The position numbers and the translations under genes are program-made. Below the pieces are notes generated by a model. That model worked only from the letters and a program-made list of their open reading frames with translations. It did no database searches and was not told the origin of the DNA. A DNA stretch of 64,000 bases from Octopus sinensis (Eukaryota), in contig NC_043009.1 in the NCBI RefSeq assembly GCF_006345805.1, positions 61,504,001 to 61,568,000 on the forward strand. The letters are read 5' to 3'. Shown here piece after piece: positions 49,613 to 63,300 of this stretch; the stretch's first letter is position 1; the number at the start of each line of letters is the position of its first letter.

Positions 49613-50653
49613 GCTCCTCAGTCAAACCATCCAACCCATGCCAGCATGGTAAGCGGACGTTAAATGATGATGATGATGTATATATATATATGTATAGATA
49701 GATAGATAGATAGATATGTGTGTGTGTGTGTATATTATAGTGTCAGGCGGACCAAAGCCTTGTGAGTGGATTTCGTACACAGAAAGTTAAAAGAAGACTG
49801 TTGTATATATGTGTATATTTGTGCGTGTTTGTTTTTGTACCCCACCATTGCTTGACAACCCATGTTGCTGTGTTTGTGTTCCCGTAACTTAGCGGTTCGG
49901 CAAAAGACACTGATAGAATAAGGTGGTGCTCCAGCATTGCTGCAGTTGCATGACTGAAACAATGCCATTTTAATCCCGAGCAAGGCCCGGTATCTCTGCT
50001 AGTAGATGTTCTGTGTGTTTGTGTCTGTGTTTATGTTCCTGTAACTTAGCAGTTTGGCAAAAGAGACTGATAGTGTACGTACCAGGCTTAATAAGGAAAT
50101 AAATACTGTGGTCAATACAATTCAATTTTTTTTTAAATCCTTCTAGGTGGTGCCCTAGTATGGCCACAGTCTAAGGAGTGAAACAAGTAAAAATAAAAGT
50201 AAAAGAAAGTAGAAAAGAATTTAAACACACACACACACACACACACACTTATTCGCGCGTGCACTTTGTTTGATGTGAGAATATCTTGATGTAAAACATA
50301 TTCTTGATTTCCACAAATTTTCGTCTGCTATGCAATGATTAAAACTACACATCTGTGTACAGTTTACTCTGGGGAATGTTGTGAAAAGATCAAGCTGTAC
50401 AGTTGTTGTGGATGGCTCCTGTGTGATTGATGTGAAGGGCAGTCAATCCCATTCAAATTGTTGCAAGAATTAAAAAAAAAACATGGGTGACAGGTTGACA
50501 ATGATGACTGGTGTTTTAAGAAGTGCTGTTGCTATTTGCTTTTCTTAGCCTTAGGTTTGCCCTAATCCAATAGACCTATGATTAAAGGCATTCTAGCTAG
50601 TGACCATCCCATCTTATATTCAGGCATAGTATAGTTTTAGATGCATTATTTAA

Positions 50654-51087
50654 AGTAATGGTTGTCAACCTGTTGTTTTTACACTTTCTTTCTTTCCCTG
50701 AATACCATTTTACAAATGCCCCGCCACCCCATCTTTTAAAGCCCTTCCCCTCAGGAAACTGCAAATCAAACAGGTTAATTTTGCACAGTAGCTTATTGTG
50801 CTTATGTTCTTAGGCTCTCCCATTCAGCATATTTGCATGGATTAGTGTCCCCTATGTTAAATTTTTATGGAAAATTTTTTTTAGAAATTTTTACTAAAGA
50901 AGATAAGGACTTGAATAATGAAACTATATTGGATCTTGGCACATTATATATGCCAATATATACAGTGTTTTACTCATTTTGTAATCCTGCCAAAGATTAA
51001 GAAAAAACATGTCCCTTCTGCCCCCTTCTAAGCTCACTCACATTGCTCCCCTCCAAGAGACTCTACAACCCAGGCTCAGAACCACTG
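50654..51087. mobile_element. hAT-Charlie-like MITE
   Basis: Left aagtaatggttgtcaacctg, right caggctcagaaccactg (CAGTGGTT type). Confidence 0.55.
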
Positions 51088-51540
51088 ATATAACATATCA
51101 TTCATCATCATCGTTTAACGTCCGTTTTCCATGCTAGCATGGGTTGGACGGTTTGACCGGGGATCTGGGAAGCCAGAAGGCTGCACCAGGCTCCAGTCTT
51201 ATCTGGCAATGTTTCTACAGCTGGATGCCCTTCCTAACGCCAACCACTCTGTGAGTGTAGTGGGTGCTTTTTACGTGCTACCCGCACAGGTGCCAGGTGA
51301 GGCTGGCAACGGCCACGGTTGGATTGGTGCATTTTACGTGCCACCTGCACGGAAATGAAACTACATTGGATCTTGGCACATCATATATGCTAATATATAC
51401 AGTGTTTTACTCATTTTCTGATCCTGCCAAAGATTAAGAAAAAACATGTCCCTTCTGCCCCCTTGTAAGCTCACTCACATTGCTCCCCTCCAAGAGACTC
51501 TACAACCCAAGCTCAGAACTACTGATATAACATATCATTC
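50917..51540. repeat. 187-bp direct duplication flanking a SINE family B insertion
   Basis: Copies 50917-51103 and 51354-51540 differ at 8 positions by hand alignment; SINE at 51104-51353. Confidence 0.92.
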
Positions 51541-52284
51541 CTGTTTTTAAATGGTAAGGTGCTATTTGGGGAGCATATGGTTGTTATTTCTAGCAGGAAA
51601 ATAAACCACAAAGAAAGAGGCTTTATTAAGTAGGTGTTTCTTAGTATCGTTGATTAGGTTAATTCTATGAAGAAATAGGTTTTGTGAAAACGTTACTTAT
51701 GACAGACTGATTGGTGTCCTGTCCATGAATAATTTCACAGGCAACTTATCTCGTTTTAATGTTATAGAATCTAGTTATAAAAACTGTCATTATGAGCTTC
51801 TATGACTTAATTCAAACACTGTTTTATCATTTGTATGTTAACACTAACGTTGGTGTCTTCAGATTAAACACAAAACCAATTTTTGTGGGGAACTATTTTT
51901 CCATTGTTGTTGCTACTCTCATAAAACTCCAAAGATGTGAAACAACCCCTCCTCCTCACCCCCATACACACACCACAAACCACTGCTAAATTTAAACTCA
52001 AAACCACAAGGGATGAAACCAACAATTAAAACTTATTCAGTTCACACTATTTCAACAATGTTAGTATGTTATAATTATAGTGTTATGCAAATATATTCTA
52101 TAGTAATTTTTAATTCTAATTTATCTGAATAATATTTTATACCCATATTTTTGTTTTCTTTTGAAACCAGCAATAAATGCCACTCATTTATGAAGTAGGA
52201 TTGGTGTATATTGTTAGCTAGGTAAACTGAGGCATGCAGGACCATGTATGTCTAACATAATAGCTGTAGAAAGATTTGATTTAA

Positions 52285-52510
52285 TTTTATTCAATTCAAT
52301 TTTTATTGGCTCAAAAAGCAAAAGCAAGGCCATGTAGGGGGACAGGCAGTTATGTACAGGGAGGGTGGTCATACAAAGAGTTCATGCCATTTTGGTCAAG
52401 AGAGACTGAACCGAGCAGTCGTCCGCATCTTCACCATCTCGTCCGGCAGCTTATGATCATCGGCCAAATACTTAGACCTTTGGTCAAATACTTAACCATT
52501 TGGTCTTTAA
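52285..52510 (-). mobile_element. Probable L1/Tx1-type LINE 3' end
   Basis: GC-richer block ending on - in gagccaataaaaattgaattgaataaaa (poly(A) signal plus A-rich tail); clade is inferred. Confidence 0.45.
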
Positions 52511-52699
52511 CTTGTGTACATGCACGCGCGTGCACACACACACACACACACTTCTTTAACACAATATTTAACTATCTGGTATTCATACACTCACACCATC
52601 ATTTTACTTCTAACTGTACGGAAACCCAAAATGAAATTCTGATAATCTGGAGATTTAATAAATAAGCCAGCTAGCAATTATGTAAACCAACAATTTAAG

Positions 52700-52865
52700 A
52701 TACAGTACCAATAACAGATTATACGATACCAATAGCAGACTATACAGTACCAGTAATAGATTATACAATACCATTAATTGTATATTCATCACTAGTATTA
52801 GTATACAGTACCATCAAACAATGTATGGTGCCCCTAATAACTGAGTGTACAATACCAATAATACA
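52700..52865 (+). repeat. Degenerate ~21-bp minisatellite (tatacagtaccaataacagat)
   Basis: Several visible degenerate units. Confidence 0.75.
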
Positions 52866-53695
52866 AATGACACATAATTTTAAGGAATTCGTACCCAACA
52901 AATGTTGCATTTCACACTTTAGAATTTGTTGACCACCAATGCTGTTTTTATCTGATATATGATGTGCTGTTGTTCTGCTGTGGGCCTAATATATATTCTA
53001 CGATATGCACGAGCACAGGACTCGTGGTTTCACATGATTTTAGTGTTAGTAATTAATGTAATAAATAGTATGTGACAATTATGGAATATCCAATACTACA
53101 TTCACCACACAACAAAGAAATCGCATTAGAAGAAATGTCAGATAGTTAGTAATTTGTGACTAAAACAAAACTCAGCAATTATCCATGCAAACTATAACAA
53201 AAAGCAGTCTTTTTTTTTCTTTCTAATTATTAGGACATGTACAATCATTCTAATAGGCTGGTGCTCTTTTTTTGCTCTATTAGAATTGTTTGTTGTAACT
53301 GTATTAGTTGAATTGATACATTCTCATCATCTCCTGTTTCCAAACTTATCTTCACTGCTGTTACCATTATTATTGTATGAACTGTTGTTTTTGCTTAAGT
53401 GAAGGTTTTGCAGTTTTCAGCAGTTATTTTAAGTTTCAAATTCAGGGTCTCGAGATAAATCGCTTGAGACTCTATCACAGCACCCTGTTGTATAGTGAGT
53501 TAGAACGGCAATAGGAGAGTCTTGCAATCACTGTAAGGCAATAATCTAAGGTTCATTAAAGCTAAGGTTCGTCTCATTGCTTTACTGTCTTGTTTTGTCT
53601 ATAATAAGCTGTAACGGAGGTAGTTTTTCCATCTCACTTCATTATATAGTTCATCTTGTCCATTTGATTATGAAAGGCAAAGAGTTATTCTGGTT

Positions 53696-54060
53696 ATATT
53701 CTCTTTTACTCTTTTACTAGTTCTGTGGCCATGCAGAAGCAAGTCGAGCAAATCGACCCCAGGACTTATTCTTTGTAAGCCTAGTACTTATTCTATTGGT
53801 CTCTTTTGCTGAGCCACTAAGTTGCGGGGACATATACACACCAGCATCGGTTGTCAAGCGATGTTGGGAGGACAAACAAAGGCACACACACACACGTATA
53901 CACGACAGGCTTCTTTCAGTTTCCGTCTACCAATTCCACTCACAAGGCTTTGGTCAGCCCGAGGCTATAGTAGAAGACACTTGCCCAAGGTGCCACGTTG
54001 TGGGACTGAACCTGGAACCATGTCGTTGGTAAGCAAGCTACTTACCACGCAGCCACTTCT
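53696..54060 (-). mobile_element. SINE family A
   Basis: Reverse complement of family A; further copies at 56480-56760 (+) and 63505-63790 (+, diverged). Confidence 0.88.
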
Positions 54061-54974
54061 ACGCTATATTATTTAAATACTTCTATTGACTTAAAAACTC
54101 CCAAATTTCAGAGCTTCAAATTGAATGCTGTGGTTACTATGAACAGAACTTGGAGTACTGCAGCTAGTGAATATTAAGGGAAGGCATTGAATGATAGCTT
54201 GAGAAGTTTTTCTTAAGGCAAATGCAGAACGATACTCATTGAATACTGTCAGAATGTGAGAGATGCCCATGCTAGTATTTGGTTTTGGAACTACAATATC
54301 AAGTCCTGATTTTAATGTAGAATCAGTCAATATTAGATATTTTGAAGGTTTGTTAAATATATTATATTATATTCAGATTTTCAGATTAACACATGCAACA
54401 GAAGCAATGATTGAAGCTTACCTTTAAATTTAATTTCAAATGATTTAAAATTATGATAATGTAAAGAATCCAAAGTTCCAGATATTCCATAGACAGCAAA
54501 AAATTCAATTACTGAGGAGCAATTGTTTGTTTATTTCTGTGTTTGTGGTTTTGGGGTTCTTTTTCTAATTTTGTTATGGTTGTTTTCATCCTGAAATGGT
54601 TTGGAATATGATTTGATACCAAGCATTTTTGATTTTGCTTATTTATTGCGTCAAAAGGAATTTCTACTTAGGTGTTTGACAAGATGATATTGCTAATACT
54701 GCTGGCTTTCAACAACCTTTATAAATGGTTTCCAACCTACCTTTGCAAAATGTCCTATCATCTTTCAATCAAGAAATCATTTATTCATAGCAGGATATTC
54801 TACGGTTGTGTAAAACAGGTTTTAATCTGAATAGAAGTAAATTTTTCAACACAAGGATTAATGTCATTCGAAGTAATGCTGTCAATAATAGCTCTAGTGA
54901 ACTCTTTTTGCCTGGACTATAAGAACAGCATCCTGCAAGAGACGAGGCAAAGCTACGGCAAACTGCCTTCAACT

Positions 54975-55705
54975 CTTTAACATTCAGATTTCTTTGTCAA
55001 ATCTATTGCTTATCTATTCACATTGTTTTGAATTAATCATTCGTTATTTCGTAGCTTTAAGATTTCAATGGTGTTTTTTTGTATATTTTTAGGATGACAT
55101 TGTAAGGTAGGTGTGAGAGATTGGATCTGGTCAGTTTTAACATAAAACAGGTAGAATATTTGAGCCAGATATGGCTGGATTAAATTAGTCCCCAAGTTTC
55201 ATTTTTGGCAAAAACTTATTTCTAAAAGGCCCTTCTGCTAAGGATATAGGAAATTTATGATTTAAAAAAAATATGTTTCCAAGGCAGCTCACTAGGTTGT
55301 TGTCCAAACTGTTGTTTCAGTGTAGTCTCATCCATTATCTTTGCTCTTTTAGTAAATTTAGATGCAATGGGTTTTTTTTTTTGCTCTTGAAAAGTAGTAA
55401 GGTCAGCTTCAGCCTCCTCCTTTTTTGTAATTTCAGGCCACTTTCTTTCATTCTATTAACTAGTTCCAGTATCTTCCAGATTTAGTCCTTCAGCATTCAG
55501 ATTACTTTGTCAAATGTAATTCTTATTAATTTCACATTTTGAACCAGTCCTGCATTGTCTTGTAGCTTTGAGGTTATGATGATGTGGTTGTTTATTTTTA
55601 TAATGATATTAAAAGGTAAGTGAGTGAGGCTGGATCTGGCCAGTTTGAACTTAAAACAAATAGAATATTTGGACCTGATATGGTCAGTTTGAATGCTACA
55701 GTATT
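54975..55705. mobile_element. Two decayed family C MITE copies (~54975-55185, ~55490-55705)
   Basis: ctttaacattcagatt...ggatctggtcagttttaacataaaacaggtagaatatttg. Confidence 0.7.
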
Positions 55706-57529
55706 AATGAAAATAAATCTAGTTTGTCATTCTCATTTGTTTTCTCTGGTTTAAGATATCTTTCAAACTTGGATAATAGATTTATCAAAGACTTCAGGAG
55801 AACTATCCTTTAACATAGGAGGGCTGATTCTTATTTGCAATATAGTTGAAATGTGTAAATTGTAATTGGTAATTTCAAGGAATCAGTACCCAACCACAGA
55901 TATATTTCACACTAAATGATGTTTTATCCACTTTTTGTAGTAGATAGCAAGCTGTTTAACTATATATAGTCCAGTATGCATGGGTATAGGCATCTCCTAA
56001 TCTCATGTAATTCTACTGTTAGTATATAATATAACAATATTATATGACAATTCTAATATATCCAAGGTTACAGGACCAATAACAGACTAACACACACAGG
56101 ACTAATATCATCAGTTTTGAGCTTTCTTCTGTGGACTTTTGTGAAATTATTATTAACAAATGATGGCGAAGATTTACAACTTTAATAATACACTAACAGC
56201 ACTAAGACAGACTCTAAGAAATACTTAGATCTTCGTATTGCTAAAGAAATAGAAGCACAGTTAGGTCAGAGCTGGCTAAGTCAAAATTCCATGCATTTAT
56301 GTGGCAGCAGCACAATCATCATCATCATCATCATTGTTTAATGTCTGCTTTCCATGCTAGCATGAGTTGAACAGTTCGACTGGGTCTGGGAAGCCAGGAG
56401 TCTGCACCAATGATTGAATGAAAAGATATCTGATGTCCTATGACAATTTTGTTGGATTTGAAAATTTAAAGTGTTCTGTTAGTGTGGCTGTGTGCTGAAG
56501 AAGCTCACATCCCAATTGTGTGATCTTAGGGTTTCTTTTATAGCCCCAGGCTATAACTGGATTTGATAGACAGAAACTGAAAGAAGCCTGTCGTGTGTGT
56601 CTTTGTGTTGGTTTATGTTCCCATAACTTAATAGTTCAGTGAAAGAGACTGATAGAAAAAGTACCAGGCTGAAAAAATAAGTACTGGTTGGTGATTTGTT
56701 TGACTAAAGCCATTGAAAGTGGTGCCCCAACATGGCCATAGATCAATGAATAAAACAAGTGGGGATAAAAAAAGTCTAAAGATTTATCATCTCAAACATC
56801 TTTAAATTCTTGGACCTAGAGCAAATATAAGAACCAGTTAATGATTTCCTACTAAGGGTCAAAACGCATATTTCTTCATATAAATTCTCTGCAATCAAAG
56901 AAGATCCAAAAGCAGGGTTTACAAAATTGGCTTTTATTTAATGAAATCAGACTTAGAACTTTGCCTAAAGTATCCATCTCCGATTTGGTGACTCTTGTTG
57001 TAGTATGTAGCTAGATCCAGTACTTGTTCTTGAATCAGTAATATAGACTTGTTCTAAATACAAAAGTATTTTACATTACTAGCAAGGACTATTCAAGAGA
57101 ATTTAGTTACTAAGTGAAGCTAGGTTCAAAATGGCAGCAGTTGTAGTAAACTGGGACATTTCAGTGAATTCCACTCTGTATTCCATTAAATATTGTCTGC
57201 AAAATAAATGTGAAGACTGTGCATCCTAATGAGTCTGATAATGGGGAAGTAATAATGAATATTAATTGTGCAATAAATGATAATTTACATGGGTTAATTG
57301 TAAGTTGATTAGACACTCATTTCAGATGCAATTGGCTACTGATGTTGCCTACTCCACCATTTGCCGTTTACAATTATCATTCATCATCTAACTAACTGAA
57401 AAATATTGAACTCCATATGATGATTCAAAGCCTGAGATGCCCCTATAACCCCAGATTAATAGGCACAGATATTCTGCAGTGTACATCATTACTATGTTTG
57501 TTTCAGAATATTTGCTACCAGTAGATAAC

Positions 57530-57872
57530 ATGCGAGTGGCATGTAAAAAGCATCTTTAGAGTGTTGGGCCTCACGGTGGCAATGACAAATGACCAAGATC
57601 TTTGGCAATATGCCGTGCTTGAGAAGACCCATCAAGCCAAGTGAAATTGTAGTCATGGCAGGTACTGGTGTCGTGCAATTGGCACCCATGCCGGTGGCAT
57701 GTAAAAGCACCCATTACACTCTTGGAGTGGTTGGTGTTAGGAAGGACATCAAACTATAGAAACCATGCCAAATCAGACTGGAGTCTGGTGCAGCCCCTCA
57801 GCTTATCATCCCTGGTCAAACCGTCCAACCCATGCCAGCATGGACTACAGACGTTAAATGATGATGATGATA
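57530..57872 (+). mobile_element. SINE family B with (GAT)n tail
   Basis: Family core, ends gacgttaaatgatgatgatgat. Confidence 0.85.
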
Positions 57873-58499
57873 AGTAGAAAGATTGTAAATACTAAGATTC
57901 GTCCAGCATTCCCAGTTTCAGTACACAAGAAGGGAGGTTGTAAATGAACTTCACAATCTTGAAGTAATGGGATTTATAACGACATGTATGAAGATGTCAA
58001 CAATGCATCTTCAATTGTTTCGGGTGGAGAAGAAAGCAGGTAATTTAAGGAACTGCACCACTTATAAAGAACATTTAAAGACAAGATTCAAACATTTCGT
58101 TGTCCAACCCTTTCTCAAAATATTGTAAACTGAGATGCAAGAGCAAACAACTATTTTCCCTCCATTGTCTTGCAGAATGCATTCTGGAAGATTGGTGTGG
58201 ACGAGGACACTGCCAATCTTGTTAAGGCAAGTTTTATGATATGGGATTGTATACAATAAGGCTTACAGGTTGTATGCAATGAATGCAGAAGAATGGTCAG
58301 TGTGAGCAACCTATAGCACATTGTAGAAGGCTCTGCAGTGGGTCTTGAAGACTTAATTTCTGTATATCCAAGGGGGAGGGAGTTTCCCAGAAGCTTTTAT
58401 ATTCAATAAGATCACTTTAATTTTAGACAGCAACTAGTTGCACACCACATGAAAGAGTCTTATTTCAACTCATACTACAAATGATTCTTTTAAATTTTG

Positions 58500-58680
58500 G
58501 TACAAGGCCAGCAATTTTGGTGGGGAGAGGCAAGTTGATTACACTGAGATTGGTACATGACTTTATCGATCCCAGAAGGATGAAAAATAAAATGTACCTA
58601 GGTGGTATTTGAACTCAGAACGTAAAGAACCAGAAGAAATGCCACTGAGTGTTTTTCTGATGTGCTGCCAATTCTGCCAG
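58500..58680 (-). mobile_element. SINE family E (diverged)
   Basis: atcgatcccagaaggatgaaa...gaactcagaacgtaaag. Confidence 0.7.
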
Positions 58681-58693
58681 CTCTCCTCTTTAA

Positions 58694-58901
58694 CCATTTA
58701 GCATTCGGATTATTCTATTAAATGCAATGCTTATTTATTCACATTGTTTTGAATTAATAACAAATTATTTTGTAGCTTCAAGAGTTTGATGATGTGGTAG
58801 TTTATTTTTATAATGACATTGTAGAGTAGGTGTGAGGGGCCAGAGTTGGCCAGGTTTGAACATAAAACAAATAGAATATAGCCTGTTTGAATGCTAAGGG
58901 G
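58694..58901. mobile_element. piggyBac-like MITE (family C)
   Basis: TTAA 58690-58693 and TTAA 58902-58905. Confidence 0.8.
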
Positions 58902-59321
58902 TTAATGCATACAACAAATAATGAAACTGAACCTCTTTGGATGCTGCCTGGTGGAAGCGGTTTCCTGAAGATATATGTTCACAAACTGAAAGGTGAATGC
59001 CAGTTCATATTAATCAGCTGTCAGGTTTAATGTAGGAGAATAAGATATTCTAAATTGCTGGCATCTTTCATCTTACTGTATTAAAAGTTATAAAAATGAA
59101 TAAAAAAAAATGTTATACAGTGTGAAAGAAATTTAATGAATGTACTCCTCATAATTTCTTTGAAGTCTGACATTGAGCCTCAACAGGACACACGAGTTCC
59201 GACTTCAGATGAGAATGTTTTATGTTGAAGCCAGCGTACGATGCATCCTTCTTTGCACTTGAATCTCTCAGATGCGAGAGGATGTTGCAAAATGTGAAGG
59301 TTTATCATGTATATGCACTGG

Positions 59322-59945
59322 TGTGGCTGTGTGGTTAAGCAGTTTGCTTCCTAACTGTGTGGTCTTCGGTTCAGTCCCATTGTGCTACACCTTGGGCAAG
59401 TGTTTTCTGCTTATAGCCCCCAGGCTGACCAAAGCCTTGTGAGTGGATCTGATAGACAGAAACTGAAAGAGGTCCATCATGTATGCTCCTCTCTCTCTTT
59501 ATATGTATGTGTGTGTGTGTGTGTGTGACTCTCACTACCTTGTCTTGTCTTGGGTAGAGCTGGCTTCATTCATCTTCAATGCTGCATCTCTCACAAATGC
59601 CGACCAGACCTGGCGATTTGAGGCTAACGACCGCATGATCTCCAATCACTCCTTATTCTAGCGGCGAACGCCGTAGATATGGGGGCCTAGGTTGGGTTCC
59701 AGATCCGCCTTGACTGTCATCAGCCAGGTTTTTCGTTGTCCACCACATCACTTTCGCCAACCCTCTCTCTACCACTTGACAACTGGTGTTAGTTTGTTTA
59801 TGTCCATATAAAGTTCAGCAAAAGAGAGACTGGCAGGATAAGTACCAGGCTTTAAGAATAAATACTGGAGTTGAATAGTTCAAATGAATCTATTAAGTTG
59901 ATGTCCCAGCATGGTTGCAATGGAATAGGTAAAACGAATAAAACA
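59322..59945 (+). mobile_element. SINE family A interrupted by an RTE fragment
   Basis: Head 59322-59480 and tail ~59770-59945 are separated by foreign sequence. Confidence 0.75.
59535..59765 (-). mobile_element. RTE LINE 3' ORF fragment
   Basis: WRK*CGGQRKTWLMTVKADLEPNLGPHIYGVRR*NKE*LEIMRSLASNRQVWSAFVRDA resembles RTE C-termini (GGQRKTW..TVKxDLE..GP..YGxRRW). Confidence 0.75.
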
Positions 59946-62607
59946 TAGAAGATACATATGATGTTTAAACTGTACAAACAAGCTCTGTGTGCTTGTGCTG
60001 GCTAAAATAGCCACCTATTTTTTTGTCTACATGACACTACACAATGCTAATAGCTGGCTATATAATACCTGACAGATTATGCAATATCAGTAACTCAATA
60101 CAAATAATTGACTGTACAATGCCACTAACATCCTAAACAACTAATGGCAATTCATTATGCAAGTAATGAGAAACTAAAATACACAGCATCAGGCAAAATC
60201 CAAATGAAGATATTTTGAACCATTCAAGAGGAATGTGTAGGCACTGAAATTGCTAGAAATAGCCCACTAAGCTCTTTTGGAAAAGGACATATTGGATAAT
60301 GTAGTTACAGATAGACTATGCCTGACATGGTGGGATGGTCATTGGGGGAATGGTTTTGATCATAAGTTTGCTTGACCAGGGCTGATCTGTGGCTAAGCAA
60401 TAACAATAAATGAAAATATTGAAGTGTTTCTATCCTTGTTGACAAATGGGACAATCTTGAAAAAATTTTTTTCTTAAATATTGGCCCCAAATTTCAATTG
60501 TGCAGCTTGAGGCTAAATGTGTTCAGATATTAAAATCAGATTATAAAACAACACCTAGCAAGGTTTGTCTTGTGTAGCAGAACATTGTGTGCATACAGTA
60601 TGTTTACTAACTCCATGGCAACTTAGAGGACAGTTAACTATGATGATGATACTGGCCAAATTAGTGAAATTAATTTTAATGAGGATGTAGTTTTCATGAA
60701 ACACTAATGACAAAGTTGTTGACATTTGTTTATCTCTAAACCATCGGTACTGTGTCAAAATAACATTTTTCTCCAAATTTCTTGGAGTTACTTGAGCCAC
60801 TTTACCTCTCGTTCTAGCATGGAATTGGTGATTTTATAAAATGAATGATTTACTTGGGGTGTGCTAACATGTTCTTTGGCCCAGTTCAGTCCTTCTAGAA
60901 CAAATCATTGCAGCTTTTTTGTCTATGACTATCCTGTCTCTCTGGCTTTGCAAACCTAGCATAACATCCAATATATCCATCCTTTTTCAACACTGCAAGG
61001 TGTGATTTGAGGGACATTTGGTTGCTATTTCTAGTAGGTTGAGCAGCTTATGTATGGGTCACCATTGGCTTCTTGTATGTTTTATTTGGCATCAGGCATG
61101 TATAGTAGACCTAATCTGTCACCATCTTAGTCGTGGGTGCCTTGTATTTATTTTTTCCTTTAGCAAATATTCTGATCAAAACTCTGGTTTGGGGAAAGAT
61201 GTGCTGCTTCCATTTGCAAGAACACAGGTGCTTTTCTTCTCCACTCTTTGAGGCCTGCAAAGTTTATGGATTGCTTCCTTCTTCTTTTAACTTAAAAAGT
61301 CGTTACCTATCATATTAAAAACCAATGAAAGACCCTCTAAGTAGTTGCTCATCCTGCTTGAAATAGTCAAATCTCACTCAACTCACACTCTACCATCTTA
61401 AAAAAGGAAGGAGGCATTGAATAATGTAGTCCCAGATATTAAAATAAGGATAATTGTGACTGGAACACCTTGATCAAAGGCCTGTTCATCCAGAGCTGAC
61501 CTAGCACGAGCAACAACAAACCAACCATGAAATAAGCAAAAATGAGCTTGTTACAAGTATAATGTATTAGTTGTTTGTGATGTGTATTTGACTTAAAAGC
61601 TAGTAGTGTAGCAACTATAATTAGTTTCTCATTTAGCTTTTTATCGTATCCCGGTTATATAGCTCCTACTTGTTCCACATCAACTAAATGTTCTGGTTTC
61701 ACTTTGTCATAGAAACTGAATTACTCTGGAATCACACCATTATTATTTAAACTGGTGTTCAACTTCTGAAGATTTGTTGTGCATCTCCTGTAGAGTCGTC
61801 ATGCAGCCTGTGTCAGTCTGTTGTGCTAAATATTTCCAACAGCTGAAGTGATTATAGGGAGCAATATGAAGGGCAAATTGCAAATGTTGAGGAAAATAAT
61901 GAATTTTAATTTTACAAATTCAGAGGTCTGTACCCAATCACATGGAGTAGCAGTAATTAAAATGTTAAAAGACATTAATTAACTAGCTTGAGCTTATAAT
62001 ATTTTAAATATAGTACTCTGGAATACCAAAACACCGAAAGTACTACGGGTGGTAGGCAAAGTTTTAAACCTTTACTAAAGTGAAAGTGTAGAATTATGCT
62101 TGTTAAATTACAAGGTTTAGATGCATTTTTTAAACTCACCTAGACATTTTTACCTAAGGTATCAGTCGAACCTTTGTCACGGCAAGCAATATAAATGAAA
62201 GTAGTGTTATCCAAAACCCTCACTCTCCAAAAACCTATCATAGAGAGAAGATTAGGCAAATAATATGAAAGTAATGTTAATGGCTATAATCCAACATGGT
62301 TACAGCCAATAAGCTGGAATGGAATAAGAGGCCTGTATTTGTCATAATCTGGACAGATTTTTTTACATCATATACAAGGCATATTTGTTTTGCATTAAAA
62401 TTAATATAGAAATTTTGTTTCTATATGTATATTAAAGAAAACTTATGATTTGACAAAACTAATGCAGCACTTTCACTAAACTCGGAAGTTTTCAGTTCAA
62501 AAGCTTTGACTTTTGTTAAGGATCGGAGTGGTTGAATTTCTGACTCCAATGTTTGGATAATGTATGTGGCTAGCAATATCAAGCAGAAGTGTAAGATTGC
62601 ATAACAA

Positions 62608-62905
62608 TCATCATCATCATCATCACCATTTAACGTCCTCCTTCCATGCTAGCATGGGTTGGACGATTTGACTGAGGTCTGGCGAACCAATCTTGATCTG
62701 GCAGAGTTTCTACAGCTGGATGCCCTTCCTAACGCCAACCACTCCAAGAGTGTAGTGGGTGCTTTTACGTGCCAGTTTGGTGTTAATCTGCAACAGCCAC
62801 GCCCAAATGGTGCTTTTTATGTGCCACCTGCACAGGAGCCAGTCCAGCGGCACTGGCAACGACCTCGCTCAAATGTTTCACGTGCCACCAGCACAAGTGC
62901 TAGTA
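62608..62905 (-). mobile_element. SINE family B
   Basis: (CAT)n plus family core. Confidence 0.88.
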
Positions 62906-62949
62906 AGACGACAGTGTTTGGTCCTAATTTAGTAACGGATACACCTTCA

Positions 62950-63300
62950 ACATTCACGAGGAAGCACTTAATCATGCACTCATTTCTTCACCAGTGAATG
63001 TAACATTGGTGCAAAAATCTTTCTGCAAAGTCCTTGAAAATTTTTGTGATTTCTCTCTTGTTCAATTCTTTTTTTTTTTTAATGAAATTAATGCATTTTG
63101 TCACCACTTTCATCATGTTGCTCATTCTTCGAGAATGTGCACGTAAATTTCAAACAAAGATGTACTATTATGCTCTTAGAATAGTGTTGATAGTTCCCCA
63201 ATTCTTTTTTGATCAAAACGCAAGTATTTTTCAGATCTTATATTGACATATCATAGATAACTATGCAAACTTTTTGATGCTGTTTCAAGAATTCTGTTTC
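62950..63300 (-). mobile_element. hAT (Charlie/GTF2IRD2-type) transposase fossil
   Basis: - strand MSNMMKVVTKCINFIKKK...FQGLCRK resembles MDHVMDVVVKTVNFIRARGLNHRQF. Confidence 0.55.

Noticed and set aside
54660-55000. Near-open + frame (DILRLCKTGFNLNRSKFF...)
   Set aside because: Several stops, no splice support, no recognised family.
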